Counted from the first letter of the stretch, positions 47,001-59,703 are shown. The stretch: DNA of 64,000 nt from Piromyces finnis finn (GCA_002104945.1 MCFH01000003.1:1-64000), one strand, 5' to 3'. Numbers and translations: made by a program. The notes: generated by a model not told the origin, from the letters alone.

Positions 47001-48043
47001 AGCTGAAATTGATTTTGGAAGCTCATAACATTGGACATGAAGGATATTATAAAACTTATCAACGTCTGAGAAAAAGCTATTATTGGAACGACATGGTTAA
47101 TGATATTCGAAGAGTTGTAGCCAAATGTGAAAAATGCCAACTTAATCGCCCTCAACCATATCCAGAACCTACGGAAAATCTTCCAACTGAGGTTGAAGCT
47201 CCTTTCACTCATCTGGGTTTAGATATCATTGGTCCATTGGTAAAAACTCGTAACAATAACCAATATATTATAGTTGCAGTGGATCATTTCACAAAATGGG
47301 TCGAAGCAGAACCCACCGAAAATATCACTTCAAAGGATGTCATAAAATTTTTAATCAATGTTTTCTCTCGGCATGGAGTACCACAAGTCATTACAACCGA
47401 TAACGGTGTCCAATTTACCTCAGATATGACCAAAGTTTTCCTGGACTTATATGATGTCTATGTCAAGTTTGTCTCAACTTATCATCCTGAAAGTAATGGT
47501 TTGACTGAAAATAGAAACAAAGAAATTGGAAAGCTTCTAAGACTGCTTGGAAAAGAAAACAAGGATTGGGATGAAATTTTGCCTTCTGCTCTTTGGGCGC
47601 TCAGAACTACTAAAAATACTGTCACAAACCATTCTAGTTTTGAATTGGTTTATGGAAGAGAAGATCAGCAACCCTTTGATATTGCCGCCAGACCTACTAA
47701 GGGTATTAATCAGTCTTCGGATGAAATCTTACTTGAGAAGTTTATTAATCATTACAGGTGGACGTTGGAAGCTTGTGAAAATATTAAAAATGCGAATAAA
47801 TACTGGGCTACTAGAAGGGAAGAAAAACAAAGTATGACTAAGGGCAAAAATATCCATATCGGTGATCTAGTATTAGTTAGAAATTTTAATCGAACGAAGT
47901 TAGAGCCTTATTTCGTTGGACCACTCAAAGTTGTCAAGAAACAATTCAATACTGTTACTTTAGCTGATATATCCACTGGAATTCAGATGAACCGAAATGT
48001 TCATCTTAAGAATATTGTAAAGTTTAACTCTGCTTTTGCGTAA
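44057..48043 (+). CDS. F Pol (long charged N-terminus, PR, RT, RNase H, integrase; no chromodomain)
   Basis: LLVDSCS, WRMCVDYR, FIDD, RTDAS, H..GH..CEKC, DDE and GPL motifs. The frame is open from 43985. Confidence 0.94.
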   Translation: MPSEETTSQSDWSKEEYDEEIESDFEDTDINEQFFVCANKRKLDKISKEQDGNKEKRLHKNLKNDPRPILTPALRKRKAQELENIPIDVSPKQLHPSIIAQPNIREQKLKERKLRDKERASSSEQKEEEKNELASSNEDPIIIDYDEEEMLSAITDKKGAKVVEKDNTSESTKSTSNSTLNKLMKEQKKEKPAESKVKKTARNIQMIADTEEYNVVKDLNETKCNITFGQLLNSAPKLRTQVSQGLKLEKNNTKIVGALENFNATSVLVNNVDHLYVSKSKEVSEEDIAMVDATVDGVPGKLLVDSCSNLSIITKKYLDKLPHQYESIGLSCGRIRLATKNDDYSEGIIIRVPVQINDLTITADFRVVDKEDPFYDMLINLKTQMDNNLFIHPLRYSLCRFDSNGFIEDIAPINNKYDDEEKIMCMIRRVGDEDFKSDLKNIEGLPPSEYIHNKNFTETLNEKYREQIVRILEENIEIIATSSEELTPSNLTPHKINLKPGAKPIKQRSYRLAKFKSDILKEELSKLINKKLIEPSYSEWSSPVVLVPKHNGKWRMCVDYRRVNDLSEKDAYSIPFIDEIFDSLHGATIFTTMDLYSGYHQILMDEESVELTSFTTKFGNYQFKVMPFGLTGAPATFQREMNRILFPLIGKCVYNFIDDILIYSKSIEEHIEHINQVLAIFRENKLKINIEKCHFMQTEVDVLGHRLTTEGLKPLDNKIQAIKNWKPPSNIHELRSFLGSIGYYRDFIPNYAKLTAPLCKLLRKGVPFKWCNEQQESFIILKEKLINAPILKFPDFEKEFIIRTDASYEGIGGVLLQKEGTDIEHPIHYISRSLTKAEKNYGITDLEGTALFYCITKLKPYIMGSPFKTIVYTDHKPLIGLFKNKEPNNARQTRWCLTASMLGVDIRYEQGKKNVVADALSRMRNDKDKEVLATKINKGIEETMLSKVIKEFVEEKFTKIGGVDYFIDGRNYRKLITETNEKLKLILEAHNIGHEGYYKTYQRLRKSYYWNDMVNDIRRVVAKCEKCQLNRPQPYPEPTENLPTEVEAPFTHLGLDIIGPLVKTRNNNQYIIVAVDHFTKWVEAEPTENITSKDVIKFLINVFSRHGVPQVITTDNGVQFTSDMTKVFLDLYDVYVKFVSTYHPESNGLTENRNKEIGKLLRLLGKENKDWDEILPSALWALRTTKNTVTNHSSFELVYGREDQQPFDIAARPTKGINQSSDEILLEKFINHYRWTLEACENIKNANKYWATRREEKQSMTKGKNIHIGDLVLVRNFNRTKLEPYFVGPLKVVKKQFNTVTLADISTGIQMNRNVHLKNIVKFNSAFA

Positions 48044-48066
48044 GCAAGAGTCTTCGTGGGGGCACT

Positions 48067-48776
48067 TGTTAAGGAACCAACAAATAATGTTATTCTTGTC
48101 ATAATTAATGATTATGACCTAATCCATTCATTATTGTTCCTAAATGTATGAAAACTTTACAATATTCTTATTTGTAAATTAATGTATACACTTAAATTAT
48201 ATTTAAAATTATTAATAATTATTTTTTATTGAACTTAAATTTTATTTTATTAAACTTAAAAATTAATTTAGTAATAATAATATATTGAAAATTATAGTTT
48301 ATTGAACTTTTAGTTTAATTTATCAAGTTAATGAATTTTTATTAATTAAAATTATGAATAATATTTCTGTAAAATAGTAAAATTTTTTAGTTAAATATAT
48401 TTAAAGTAAACTTTTAATGTATGTTAATCAATTTAATAATATGTATAAATATTTATTATAATAGTAATGTAATTTTATTATTCATTTAAAAGTAATTTAA
48501 ATACTAAAATTATGTAAATAATTAAAGACTAATTCTTTTAATTAACACTACTTAATTTTTTACAAAAAGTATAAAAAGGTGTATATTATAAGAATTAGAG
48601 AATATACAGATATTTTTATTTTTATTTTTATTTTATTTTATAATTTTATATTAATATCTTAATAAAACAATTTTATTAATAAAACAATTTTTCTTATTTC
48701 ATTTTAATATTATTTTTGAGTATTAATAAATTTATTAATATTTTATAAATAAAAGTAAATTCCTCGAACCGTAACA
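48067..48776 (+). repeat. F 3' LTR
   Basis: Matches 40856-41565. Confidence 0.95.
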
Positions 48777-48780
48777 TTTT

Positions 48781-49459
<679 letters not shown>

Positions 49460-49468
49460 TTTTGTTGA

Positions 49469-50299
49469 TGTAATAATTATTATATATTTAATAATAATTA
49501 TTATCTACAATATAATAATACAAATCGTAATATGTATTATTAAATTGAGAAGTTTCTTAATAGTAAATAAAAATGAATACTTATCTTAAAGAGTTTATTA
49601 TAAGTGAATTATAATAACAAACACAAAATATTAAGACTATCTTTAATGTAAATATTTTTTATGAATATAGTTTTTGAAAGGGTTATTTATTATAATTGTC
49701 TTAAAATAATAACTCTGGATTCTTTAGTGGAATTCCAGAGTCCTTATATTTATAATTTTTTGATAATTTAAAGTTTAATAAAGAATTTCTAATCTTAACA
49801 AATAATCTTTTTAGGAAAAGACTAGAAGAAAAACCTAAAAAGATATTCGATTGATAACTAATATATCAATCATCGTAATATTAAGTAAAACCGATTAAAA
49901 TTCGGAAAAACCTTAATATCCGATTGTCCTAATATGTATTTATATTTTCTAATTGTTTCTATAAGTTATTTCAAGATACGATACATAAATATAAAATACA
50001 AACGTAAAATAAAATATATAATGTTTCTTATAAAATGTAATACAAAAATTATTAATTAAAAAATAAATGAATGTTTACTATTATTTTAAATATATTACTA
50101 AATTAAATAAATAAATAATTAATATAGTAATTAAATAAATTTTAAATTAAGTAAATGAATAATTAATATCAATATAGATAAATGTTTATAGTAATTTAAA
50201 TGAATGTATGCTAATAGTTTAAATAAATAATTAATTTAATAATTAAAAAATAATTAAATAAGAATTAATTTATACAAAAAATAATTATTAATTCTTACA
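49469..50299 (-). repeat. E-like diverged solo LTR (831 bp)
   Basis: TGTAAGAA...ATTATTACA in element orientation, TSD GTTGA, collinear with the E LTR. Confidence 0.88.
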
Positions 50300-51093
50300 G
50301 TTGATAAATAATGAAATTAATAAATATAAAATTATTATTAAACCTGATTTTCAAATTAACCCTAAAAGTAACTTTAAATAAGTTATAGTTTAATTAATTA
50401 CTTTACCAAAATTCTAAAATAAAATTAATCCTAAACACTGCATATATTCTAATTATTGAAAGAAAATAATAAACTTTAATTAATCGAGATCAAAATATAT
50501 AACTTTTGTTAAATTAATTATTAAATTAAATATTTAATAACTTCGTTAGTAAATTACACTTTAAAAGTAAACAAATATAATAATCCATGTTATAAAATAA
50601 TATAATTATACACTTTTATTAAAATATTAAAAATAGTTATTACTTTAATTAATTGTAAAATAAACAACTTTTTATATTCTTTAACTTTTAATTATTTCTT
50701 TTATTGTTATTTTTAATTACTTTTATTACTTTTACTGTAAATAGTTATTAATTTTATTATTTTAATGTAAATAGTTTAAAATTAAAAGAAAATATAAATA
50801 CATGTAAATATTCTTATTTTAATCATTATTATTATTATTAATAAAGAAATATTATAATTTTAATAATCACTTTTATAATTAATTAAATAAAATTTTAAAT
50901 ATTTAAATATTAGAAAAACGAGTGTTTCTAATAAAACAATTTAGTGTTTTTAATAAAACAATTTTATTAATCTTTATAAAAACAATTTCAAATTCTAATC
51001 CATATAACTTATATAGTTATAACTCAAGATATAATATAATAATCACTTTTTGAAGTAAAATTCAAAATTAAGATTATTATCAAATTATATCAT

Positions 51094-51939
51094 TGTAAGA
51101 AATATTTGTGGCCATAAGTTTGCCCACAAATATTTCAATTGAAACCATATATTCTGGTCATCATTTATTGGCCAAATATATGTATAACCATATATTAATG
51201 GTTATTAATTAAATAGGAAGTTTATTTGCTTTACCCAATCAAGTGGTAAAGAAAATAAACTCATATAGTTAAATAGTATAGTCAAAACTAACGTTAAATA
51301 CTTTAGCGTTAGTATTAAAGTAAATTAATAGCTATAATAATAATTAATGTAGATAATTATAATAAATAAATAAAAGATATAATTAAAATATAATTATTTA
51401 AGTAAAAGTTATTTCATAAAATATTTATATAAGTGTTTATATTTATTTTAGTGTTATAATATTTATTTTCTTTCTTTTATTATTTTTTATAAAACTTTAT
51501 TTAGTTATTAACTCGTATAGAGAGGTAATAACTAACTTAATTAACTAATTAGTAACTTATTAACTAATAATATAAGAAACCTTTTACAATACTAACGCTT
51601 TATAGTTAGTTCTTACGTTAGCTTAGTTTTAATTAGGTTAGTTTTATTAAAGTTCTTAAAAAACATATTTTATTTTATTTAAATTATTGTTTAATAATAA
51701 TTATTTACAATATTTTATATAATATTCAAATATTATATTTAAAAGAAGTAAATTTATTATTAAAAATAATTATTTTCTAATAGTTTAGTCATAAAAAATT
51801 CATTATTTTAAATTTTAAAATTCATTATAATCATATTTTATATAATAAATTCTTTAATTTATTGAAAGAATTTATTTTCGAGTTAGAAATGAAAAATACA
51901 GGTAAGTCGCCTAACCCTCGAGGTGTCCATAAATTGGAC
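51094..51939 (+). mobile_element. 5' end of G element: LTR 51094-51588, PBS ATACTAACGCT, leader, first 17 codons of probable gag (MKNTGKSPNPRGVHKLD), interrupted by A2
   Basis: The PBS is complementary to AGCGTTAGTAT (51305-51315) in the LTR. ATG at 51889. Confidence 0.8.
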
Positions 51940-52730
51940 TGTAAAATATTCTAAAGTTCAGGTTTGTATACAACACTAAACTAACAATTAAACTAATTAT
52001 TTTTAATAATAATTTTTATTTATTTATTTATTTATTTTTAAAACTATACTAACTAAACAACCGTTGATTACTTTACCGTGAAGGATATTTTACCAGAGCC
52101 CTCACTAGGTAATCAATTTATATTTATTTAAAACTAAAATTATTAATCTAAACTATAAACTAATTATAAACTAATGTTAATTTATCTAAACAAAATTAAC
52201 CTATACGATTTTCCAACTATCGTTTCAATAGTTGAAAAATTTTCTTTATTTATACTTTTTAAATAAATTGAATAAATTCTAATATACATGTTTTAATATT
52301 ATAATTTTACATTGTTTATATTTATACATTTATTAAAAGAAATTATTTGTATTAAACTATTTAAATTCAATTTATTTACTAAAGAATTTTCTAAACTTAA
52401 AATAAAGTTTTGATTTATTTACTATATGGTTGATTATATTTCAAACATATTTTCAATTTATTTATTTCTAATTTTGAGGCTTAGTTTATAAAAAAAATTT
52501 TTATTATCTAAAATATTTATTGGTTAAAATTTATTTAATTTAAAATTTTATTTTATCATCAAAAACTTTATCTTATCATAAAATTATATTTTACATAAAT
52601 TTATGTTAATGTATTGTGATATAAATTTTTGTAATTAAAAAAATAAAATTTACGGTACATTAATTTAATACATTGTACATTATTTTAAATACGTATTAAA
52701 TACATTATTCTATTAATACAATATTTTACA
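51940..52730 (-). repeat. A-family LTR variant Y (791 bp), 3' LTR of A2
   Basis: Lacks the internal duplication of variant X and has many SNPs/indels relative to it. Confidence 0.93.
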
Positions 52731-52741
52731 TGCCCCTCTTC

Positions 52742-55700
52742 TTAAGTCGAGCCCCTGAGCGACTTATATTTAAGGTATTCCTGGATCAATTGAGGGTCAT
52801 CGATTTCATCTTCTTTAAGCCATGTACTTTCTGAAGGTAATAAGTTTTTCCAAACCATAAAGTAGTACTTAATTCCATTAACAACTTTTTCACTAACTAT
52901 CTTCAATGGAATTCTTCCTTCAACAGAATCGGTAGCAATGTTTGGAATTCTAGAAGTTGATTCATTCACTTCAACTTCTCTTTCAACATAAGGTTCTAAG
53001 TTCGAAATATGGAAAACGGGATGACATCTTAAACTTTCTGGTAGTTCCAATTTATAAGAAACAGGTCCTGTTTTCTCAATAATCTTAAATGGTCCAAGTT
53101 TCTTATTTGTTAATTTTGGAGGTCCTTTAGGAAGTAAGTCAGGACGCTTTAACCAAACTAAGTCACCAACCTTTAACTTAGGTCCAATAAGTCTAATACA
53201 ATCGGCATACTTCTTATATCTTTCCTTGGCTTTTTCTAAGTTCTTCTTTAAAAATTTAATATTATCTTGCATCTGAGAGGCGTGCCTGTTAGCTCTTCTA
53301 TTGTCGCTATCAGCAGGAATTTCGGTACTAAATCTTGGATTTTGCCCATAATTTGCAAAGAATGGTGTTTGATTTATGGATTGCTGAAGTGTATTATTAT
53401 ACGCAAATTCAGCATAAGGCAAAAGGTTCATCCAGTTATTTTTTCTTTTGTTAATATAACATCTAAGAAATTGTTCTAAAATACTATTTACACGTTCAGT
53501 CTGCCCGTCTGTTTGAGGATGATGAGCACTCGAGATATTGTGCTTTATGTTCAACAAAGTGCATAATCTTTGCCAAAATTCTGAAGTAAACTGGGTTCCT
53601 CGATCCGATATTATTTCATCAGGTAGACCATGTAAACGAAAAACTTCTCTAAAGAAAACATCAGCAGCAATTTGAGCAGTCGGAATCATTCTAAACGGAA
53701 TAAAGTGAGCCATCTTCGTTAATCTATCCACAACAACCATTATAACTGTTTTTTCCTTTGACTTTGGCAAATCAGTTATAAAATCCATTGAAACAGAAGA
53801 CCACGGTCTTTCAGGAGTAGGTAACGGCTGTAAAAGTCCATAAGGTCTATGACGATCAACCTTAGCAGCTCCACAAACTTTACAAGAAGCAATAAACTTA
53901 ACTATATCTTGAGTCATGTTTATCCAAACAAAGTTTCTTGTAATTAATTCTTTTGTTTTGATAATACCAAAATGACCATGAATTGGATTATCATGATGCA
54001 TCGAGATTATTGTATTTCTCATTTTCTTTGGTACATAAATTAAACTTTTATACAAAAGAATTCCTTCTTCACTTAACTTAAAATTTTTCATTAATTTCTT
54101 ATACTTCTTATTTGCGGTAGATTTTCCTTGTAGTATTTTTATTAACTCTTTAATTTCTTCATCTTCTTTAATTTCTTTAATTAAATCTTCTTTAAGATTT
54201 CCTCGAATAGACACAAGACATAAAGTATCTTCAATTTCTTTGACTGTCAAACAGGAATAAGCTTCTTCGTCTTCTTTATTACTTTTATCTTCTTCATAAT
54301 CAGGACGTCTTGAAAAAGCATCAGGTTTTCCACCTTCTTTACCCGGTCTATATTGTATTTTGAAATCATAACGGGTCAAAAACAAATTCCAGCGAATTTG
54401 TCTTTGCGACAATAGTTCAGGCTTTCTAGGAAAGGTAAGATTTTTATGATCCGTATAGATCATAAATTGATGCTTGGCTCCTTCTAAGTAGTGTCTCCAT
54501 TGTTTCAAAGCTTCAATAACAGCCAAAAGTTCCTTATCATAAATTGGGTAGTTCTTTTCCGATTTAGTCAATCCTCTTGAATAATAACAAATTGGATGAA
54601 GCTCGTTATTATCCGGTAATCTTTGAGATAATACGGCACCGATTGCGAAATTACTTGCATCTGTCTCAACCACAAAAGGTAATTCAGGATCAGCATGAAT
54701 TAAAATTGGTTCCTCGGTAAAGAATTTCTTTAATATACAAAAAGCTTCATTACATTCTTCTGGCCAATGAAAATTGACATCTTTCTTAGTTAGATTATGT
54801 AACGGTTTAGCAATACTAGCAAAGTTTGGAATAAATCTTCTATAATAATTGCATAATCCAATAAACGACTGAACTTCTTTAACAGATGTTGGCACAGGCC
54901 ATTCCATAATAGCTTTAACCTTTTTTGGATCCATAGAGATTCCCTTATCTGAGATAACATGCCCTAAGAAAGTAGTTTCTGAAGTTTCAAATTCACATTT
55001 GCTAAGTTTCGCATAAAGACCATTTTCTTTTAATCTTTGAAGAACTTTCTTTACATGCTTTCGGTGTTCTTCCAAGTTTTTCGAATAGATAAGAATATCA
55101 TCAATATAAGAAAAGGCGAATTCATCCAAGTATTCCCCGAGAACATCATTGATAAAATGTTGGAAAGTTGCAGGAGCGTTTTTTAATCCAAACGGCATGA
55201 CAAGATATTCAAAGTGACCAAATCTTGTCCTAAATGCAGTCTTATATTCATCACCTTCATTTATTCGAACTAGATTATAAGCAGACTTGAGATCAAGTTT
55301 AGTAAAAACTTTGGCTTCTCTTAATCTATCGAATAATTCAGATATGAGAGGTAGTGGATATGAATCCCTGATTGTGTTTTCATTGAGTCTTCGGTAGTCA
55401 ACACACAATCTTAAAGTTCCATCCTTTTTCCTAACAAATAGCACAGGTGCTCCAGCAGGTGAAGTAGACGGTCTTATAAATCCTTTTTCTAGATTTTCAG
55501 AAATATACTCCTTTAGCGTATTCCTTTCTTCTTCTGTTAGAGGGTATAAAGGACCATAAAATAAGTTATCTTTATCTTTCAATCTTATTTTACAATCGTA
55601 TATTCGATGTGGAGGTAGTTCATTACACTCAACTTCATCAAATACACTTTCAAATTCCTTATATACATCAGGAATTTCTACAACACTTTCTTCAACATCT

Positions 55701-57310
55701 TCACCTTTATTTCCTTCATTTGAAATAACACTACATACAATATACTTTTGAACATTCTTTTTATTTAATTTTAAGTTTTTACTACATTTCTTTTTAATAC
55801 ATGAATTTTTATTTTTATCTATAATTTTTCTATTTTCTTTATTCCTAATTTCACTTTCTCTAATTTTTAAACTATTCTTATAATTGTTAAGTATTTCTTG
55901 TACGAGTTCCTTTTCTTTTCTTCTTTCTTCTTCTTTGGCCAATTGCGCTTCTTGATTTCTTCTTTTCATGTCTTCTGGAGTAGCACAGCAATTCAAAGAA
56001 CAGAATTCGGATTTGAATTCAAGAGTTTGATCCTTAAAGCTAATTGTAGGATCGTGTTTTCTTAACCAATTCTTACCCAGAATGACAGAAATACCAGAAG
56101 GAAGATCAGTAAGGTAGAATTGAATGGATTCTTTATGATTCTTGATGTTCATGATTAAAGGAATTGTTTCATACTTCAAGAATCCATTACCACCTATACC
56201 TTCAACAAACTTATCCTTAAACATTCTTTGGAATGGGATCTTGTACTTGTCCACGGCTTTCCAATCCAAAAAGTCTAAGTCCGAACCAGAATCCACAAGA
56301 GCCTTAAGATACACTCCATTATTGACTTGTAATAGAATGTCATAAACATTTAACATTCTTCTTCCAGCGGTAGTAGCCATAAACGCTTTTGGTCTATTTA
56401 TAACCTTATCCTTAAGTTGAGGACAATCCTTCTTAATATGTCCAGTCCTTTTGCAGAAGAAACATTTTCTAGGCTTAGCTGAGGTGGTAGGGTTTTCTTG
56501 GTCTACATAACTTCTATATTTTACACCATAAGAGAGGTACCTTGATCCTAAGTCTCTGTTATATCTTCGGTTCTTCTTTCCGTCGACATCCATAGGATCC
56601 TTTCCGAAGACTTTCCATTCTACTTCTACATTGGCAGCAACAACATTAATTAACTCAGTTATCTTTCTAATTCTTGGGTAAAGGAGCTTCGCTTTTTCCT
56701 TGACTGAAGTTGGTAAACCTTCCATAAAGAAATGGATCTTTGCTTCATCATTAAAGGACGAGTCTCTAGCCATCTTTTCAAATTCCTCGCAGTAGTCCAT
56801 GACGTTCTTGAATTGGCTTGATTTTAACTTTGCAAGTCGACTGTTGGCTACATCGGCACTGTTACAGGTTTTATAGCGAGCCTTCATTGCCTCAATAAAA
56901 TCTTCATAGGAGTTCAACAGGGGGCTTTCTTCTCTTTCCAAGTCGGCAAACCATTCGGCGGCGGTTCCTTCCAGGTAGCATCCCAAGATATCCAGCTTGT
57001 AGGCGTCGGTAGCATCTTCTTCTAAGTTATATTTGAAATATTTCTCCAATCTTGCCAGGAAGTAAAGAAGTTCACTTCTTTTTCCTGAAAATCTTGGAGG
57101 TTTTGGGATGAGTCTTCCCCTGGTGTTAACGCTTTTACCAGTCTCATCCTCAATGTCCATCATGGAACTCGCCTCAGAGCCTGCGTCACTGACTCCAGCT
57201 ATTCCATCGTCACGGTTGTCTAACATTCTATATCTAGTATTCATATTACTACTTAATAAACAACAAATAGTCAACCAATATTTAATATCCCAATTATTTA
57301 TACTATTCAA
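52742..57310 (-). CDS. A2 Gag-Pol polyprotein (intact, ~1500 aa) with chromodomain
   Basis: Same domains as A1 without the nonsense codon. Confidence 0.96.
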   Translation of the reverse strand: MNSINNWDIKYWLTICCLLSSNMNTRYRMLDNRDDGIAGVSDAGSEASSMMDIEDETGKSVNTRGRLIPKPPRFSGKRSELLYFLARLEKYFKYNLEEDATDAYKLDILGCYLEGTAAEWFADLEREESPLLNSYEDFIEAMKARYKTCNSADVANSRLAKLKSSQFKNVMDYCEEFEKMARDSSFNDEAKIHFFMEGLPTSVKEKAKLLYPRIRKITELINVVAANVEVEWKVFGKDPMDVDGKKNRRYNRDLGSRYLSYGVKYRSYVDQENPTTSAKPRKCFFCKRTGHIKKDCPQLKDKVINRPKAFMATTAGRRMLNVYDILLQVNNGVYLKALVDSGSDLDFLDWKAVDKYKIPFQRMFKDKFVEGIGGNGFLKYETIPLIMNIKNHKESIQFYLTDLPSGISVILGKNWLRKHDPTISFKDQTLEFKSEFCSLNCCATPEDMKRRNQEAQLAKEEERRKEKELVQEILNNYKNSLKIRESEIRNKENRKIIDKNKNSCIKKKCSKNLKLNKKNVQKYIVCSVISNEGNKGEDVEESVVEIPDVYKEFESVFDEVECNELPPHRIYDCKIRLKDKDNLFYGPLYPLTEEERNTLKEYISENLEKGFIRPSTSPAGAPVLFVRKKDGTLRLCVDYRRLNENTIRDSYPLPLISELFDRLREAKVFTKLDLKSAYNLVRINEGDEYKTAFRTRFGHFEYLVMPFGLKNAPATFQHFINDVLGEYLDEFAFSYIDDILIYSKNLEEHRKHVKKVLQRLKENGLYAKLSKCEFETSETTFLGHVISDKGISMDPKKVKAIMEWPVPTSVKEVQSFIGLCNYYRRFIPNFASIAKPLHNLTKKDVNFHWPEECNEAFCILKKFFTEEPILIHADPELPFVVETDASNFAIGAVLSQRLPDNNELHPICYYSRGLTKSEKNYPIYDKELLAVIEALKQWRHYLEGAKHQFMIYTDHKNLTFPRKPELLSQRQIRWNLFLTRYDFKIQYRPGKEGGKPDAFSRRPDYEEDKSNKEDEEAYSCLTVKEIEDTLCLVSIRGNLKEDLIKEIKEDEEIKELIKILQGKSTANKKYKKLMKNFKLSEEGILLYKSLIYVPKKMRNTIISMHHDNPIHGHFGIIKTKELITRNFVWINMTQDIVKFIASCKVCGAAKVDRHRPYGLLQPLPTPERPWSSVSMDFITDLPKSKEKTVIMVVVDRLTKMAHFIPFRMIPTAQIAADVFFREVFRLHGLPDEIISDRGTQFTSEFWQRLCTLLNIKHNISSAHHPQTDGQTERVNSILEQFLRCYINKRKNNWMNLLPYAEFAYNNTLQQSINQTPFFANYGQNPRFSTEIPADSDNRRANRHASQMQDNIKFLKKNLEKAKERYKKYADCIRLIGPKLKVGDLVWLKRPDLLPKGPPKLTNKKLGPFKIIEKTGPVSYKLELPESLRCHPVFHISNLEPYVEREVEVNESTSRIPNIATDSVEGRIPLKIVSEKVVNGIKYYFMVWKNLLPSESTWLKEDEIDDPQLIQEYLKYKSLRGST

Positions 57311-57633
57311 CTTGACTATTCCTAATTATTTTATTCTTATATTAAATAAATAATTTAACAACCTTATTATTATACTATACTAACCTTTTTATTATTTACT
57401 ACTACTAAACTAACAACTAGTTATTAACCAAACTAATATATTTTTTATTATTACTATTTATTGATTATTAACTATTAAACTATTTTAACAACAAATTATT
57501 CTATACCAAATAATTATAAAATACCCCGAAATTAACTAAAATTAATTTCTAACAAAAATTTTTTTTTTTTTTTTTTTTTTTAATATTTTTATATAATCCC
57601 CGAATTTAATTCTATTATTAAATTCTCACTATA

Positions 57634-57673
<40 letters not shown>

Positions 57674-57734
57674 ATTATTTTCTATTACTATTCGTATACA
57701 AAGGTGAACTTCCTATTCTAATAAGTTGGAAAAT

Positions 57735-58545
57735 TGTAAAATATTCTATTCTAAGTTCAGGTTTGTATACACTAAATCAAACTAACACTAGTTATAAATT
57801 TATTTATTATTAAACTTTATTTATTTATTAAATTATATTAAACTAAACTAAACTAAAACAACCGTTGATTACTTTACCGTGAAGGTTATTTCACCAGAGC
57901 CCTCACTAGGTAATCAATTATTAACTAATTAAATTAAAACTAATAATCTAAACTAACTATATAACTAAACTATACGATTTTCCAACTATCGTTTCAATAG
58001 TTGAAAAATTTTCTTTATTTATACTTTTTAAATAAATTGAATAAATTCTAATATACATGTTTTAATATTATAATTTTACATTGTTTACATTTATGCATTT
58101 ATTAAAAGAATTTATTTGTATTAAACTATTTAAATTCAATTTATTTACTAAAGAATTTTCTAAACTTAAAATAAAGTTTTGATTTATTTACTATATGGTT
58201 GATTATATTTCAAACATATATTTAATTTATTTATTTCTAATTTTGAGGCTTAGTTTATAAAAAAAATTTTTTCTTATCTAAAATATTTATTGGTTAAAAA
58301 TTATTTAATTTAAAAAATTTATTTTATCATCAAAAACTTTATCTTATCATAAAATTAAATTTACATAAATTTATGTTAATGTATTGTAATACATTATTTT
58401 ATCGTAACTTTAGATTTCACATAGATTTATGTTAATGTATTGTGATATAAATTTTGTAAAGATTTACGGTACATTAATTCGATACATTGTACATTATTTT
58501 AAATACGTATTAAAATATATTATTCTATTAATACAATATTTTACA
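57735..58545 (-). repeat. A-family LTR variant X, 5' LTR of A2
   Basis: Near-identical to 4825-5635. Flanked by GGAGG (CCTCC in element orientation). Confidence 0.95.
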
Positions 58546-58554
58546 GGAGGACCA

Positions 58555-58995
58555 TGTAATGAATACTAGAAATAACTAAATTGTCTTAGTGGTTAGTAGC
58601 TAAGACTTTGAGTCTGAATGACACTAGTTTGAGACCTCATAGATACTATTTTAAAAAAAATTATAATTTTATTTTATTTTATTTTATTTTTAAATTTTAT
58701 TTTATATGAAGATTATTGATTGGTTAAGAATTTTAAGTTGAAAAAATTTTATAAATTAATTTAAAAAATTTTTAGTATAAATACGAGTGAATTTTCCCAA
58801 ATATTTTAAAGAATCGAGATTTTATTAATAAATAATTATATTATTAAACACTAACTTATTAAGTTAAATTCTATGTGTTTTTAATGATATTTTTATAAAT
58901 TAATAATTTACAGAATATTTTAAAGTGTTAATATTACTAAGTTATTTAGTAAATATTATAATTTGTTTTTATTGTTAAAGACACATTTCTTTACA
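58555..58995 (+). repeat. B 3' LTR (441 bp), displaced and inverted relative to the B body
   Basis: Preceded by the PPT remainder GGAGGACCA and followed by TSD TTAAT. Confidence 0.92.
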
Positions 58996-59542
58996 TTAAT
59001 TCCGATTTTAATTAATTTTGAAATTAATTAAATTTGAAGTAGCAGTAGTTTCCTATGGGGAACAGAGAGGTTCGCGTAATTCCCTCCGGCCTTAAGACTA
59101 GCTACGCAGTAGATTTTTGGATTCTCCACCATTTGATACGAAGAAAAATATTATCTTAATTCTATAAATGAATATAGAAAGTGATAATATTTGTATCTAA
59201 AAAAAAAATAAAAATAAATAAGAAAATAAAAATAGAATAAATGATTTTTATACTTGTTCATTTGCAAGTCTTTGTTAGTTTAAAATATAAAATTATTTTA
59301 TTTAATTATAAAGTTTTAATATTTAATAACTCTTGTATTATTAAATATATATATGTTATGGTTTAATACATCTTGAATGTATGTAAATATAATCACAACT
59401 ATTATTTTAATAAAATTTAATATTATTATCTAATTTTACTGGATTATTAGGAACAATTTTAAAATAAAATGATTCTATCACTATTTATACAAAATTATTA
59501 TTTTAAAGTATAATTATAAACAAATATAAGCTATTTAATTTA

Positions 59543-59573
<31 letters not shown>

Positions 59574-59701
59574 TTTACATTTATAATTTTTAATTTAATA
59601 ATTTTATACAAGTTAATTATTTTAATTTTTAACTATCTGTGTTTTAATATTATTATTATTATTATTATAAATTCATAATTTATAAATTTAATTATTTATC
59701 A
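58996..59701 (-). mobile_element. 5' end of element H: LTR 59134-59701, tRNA-Ala-type PBS 59119-59131, short leader
   Basis: Minus strand reads ...CGTATCA aa TGGTGGAGAATCC. Confidence 0.8.
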
Positions 59702-59703
59702 TT

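Larger units (their letters stand above)
40856..48776 (+). mobile_element. Ty3/gypsy element F (non-chromovirus type, tRNA-Ala primed), 14 bp upstream of tRNA-Ser
   Basis: 710-bp LTRs that look identical (40856-41565, 48067-48776), TSD TTTTT, PBS 41573-41590, ~1.55-kb leader, gag and -1 pol, PPT GTGGGGG. Confidence 0.95.
51940..58545 (-). mobile_element. Ty3/gypsy chromovirus element A2 (intact ORF, dissimilar LTRs, unmatched TSDs)
   Basis: 5' LTR 57735-58545 (variant X), PBS 57724-57734, 3' LTR 51940-52730 (variant Y). Flanks CCTCC/GTCCA. Confidence 0.95.

Noticed and set aside
58585-58645. tRNA-Gln-like spacing (TAGTGGTTAG..GACTTTGA..GTTTGAGAC) in the B LTR
   Set aside because: The acceptor, D and T stems do not pair and the B-box lacks the invariant C. 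A different hairpin (GTCTTAG/CTAAGAC) explains the structure.
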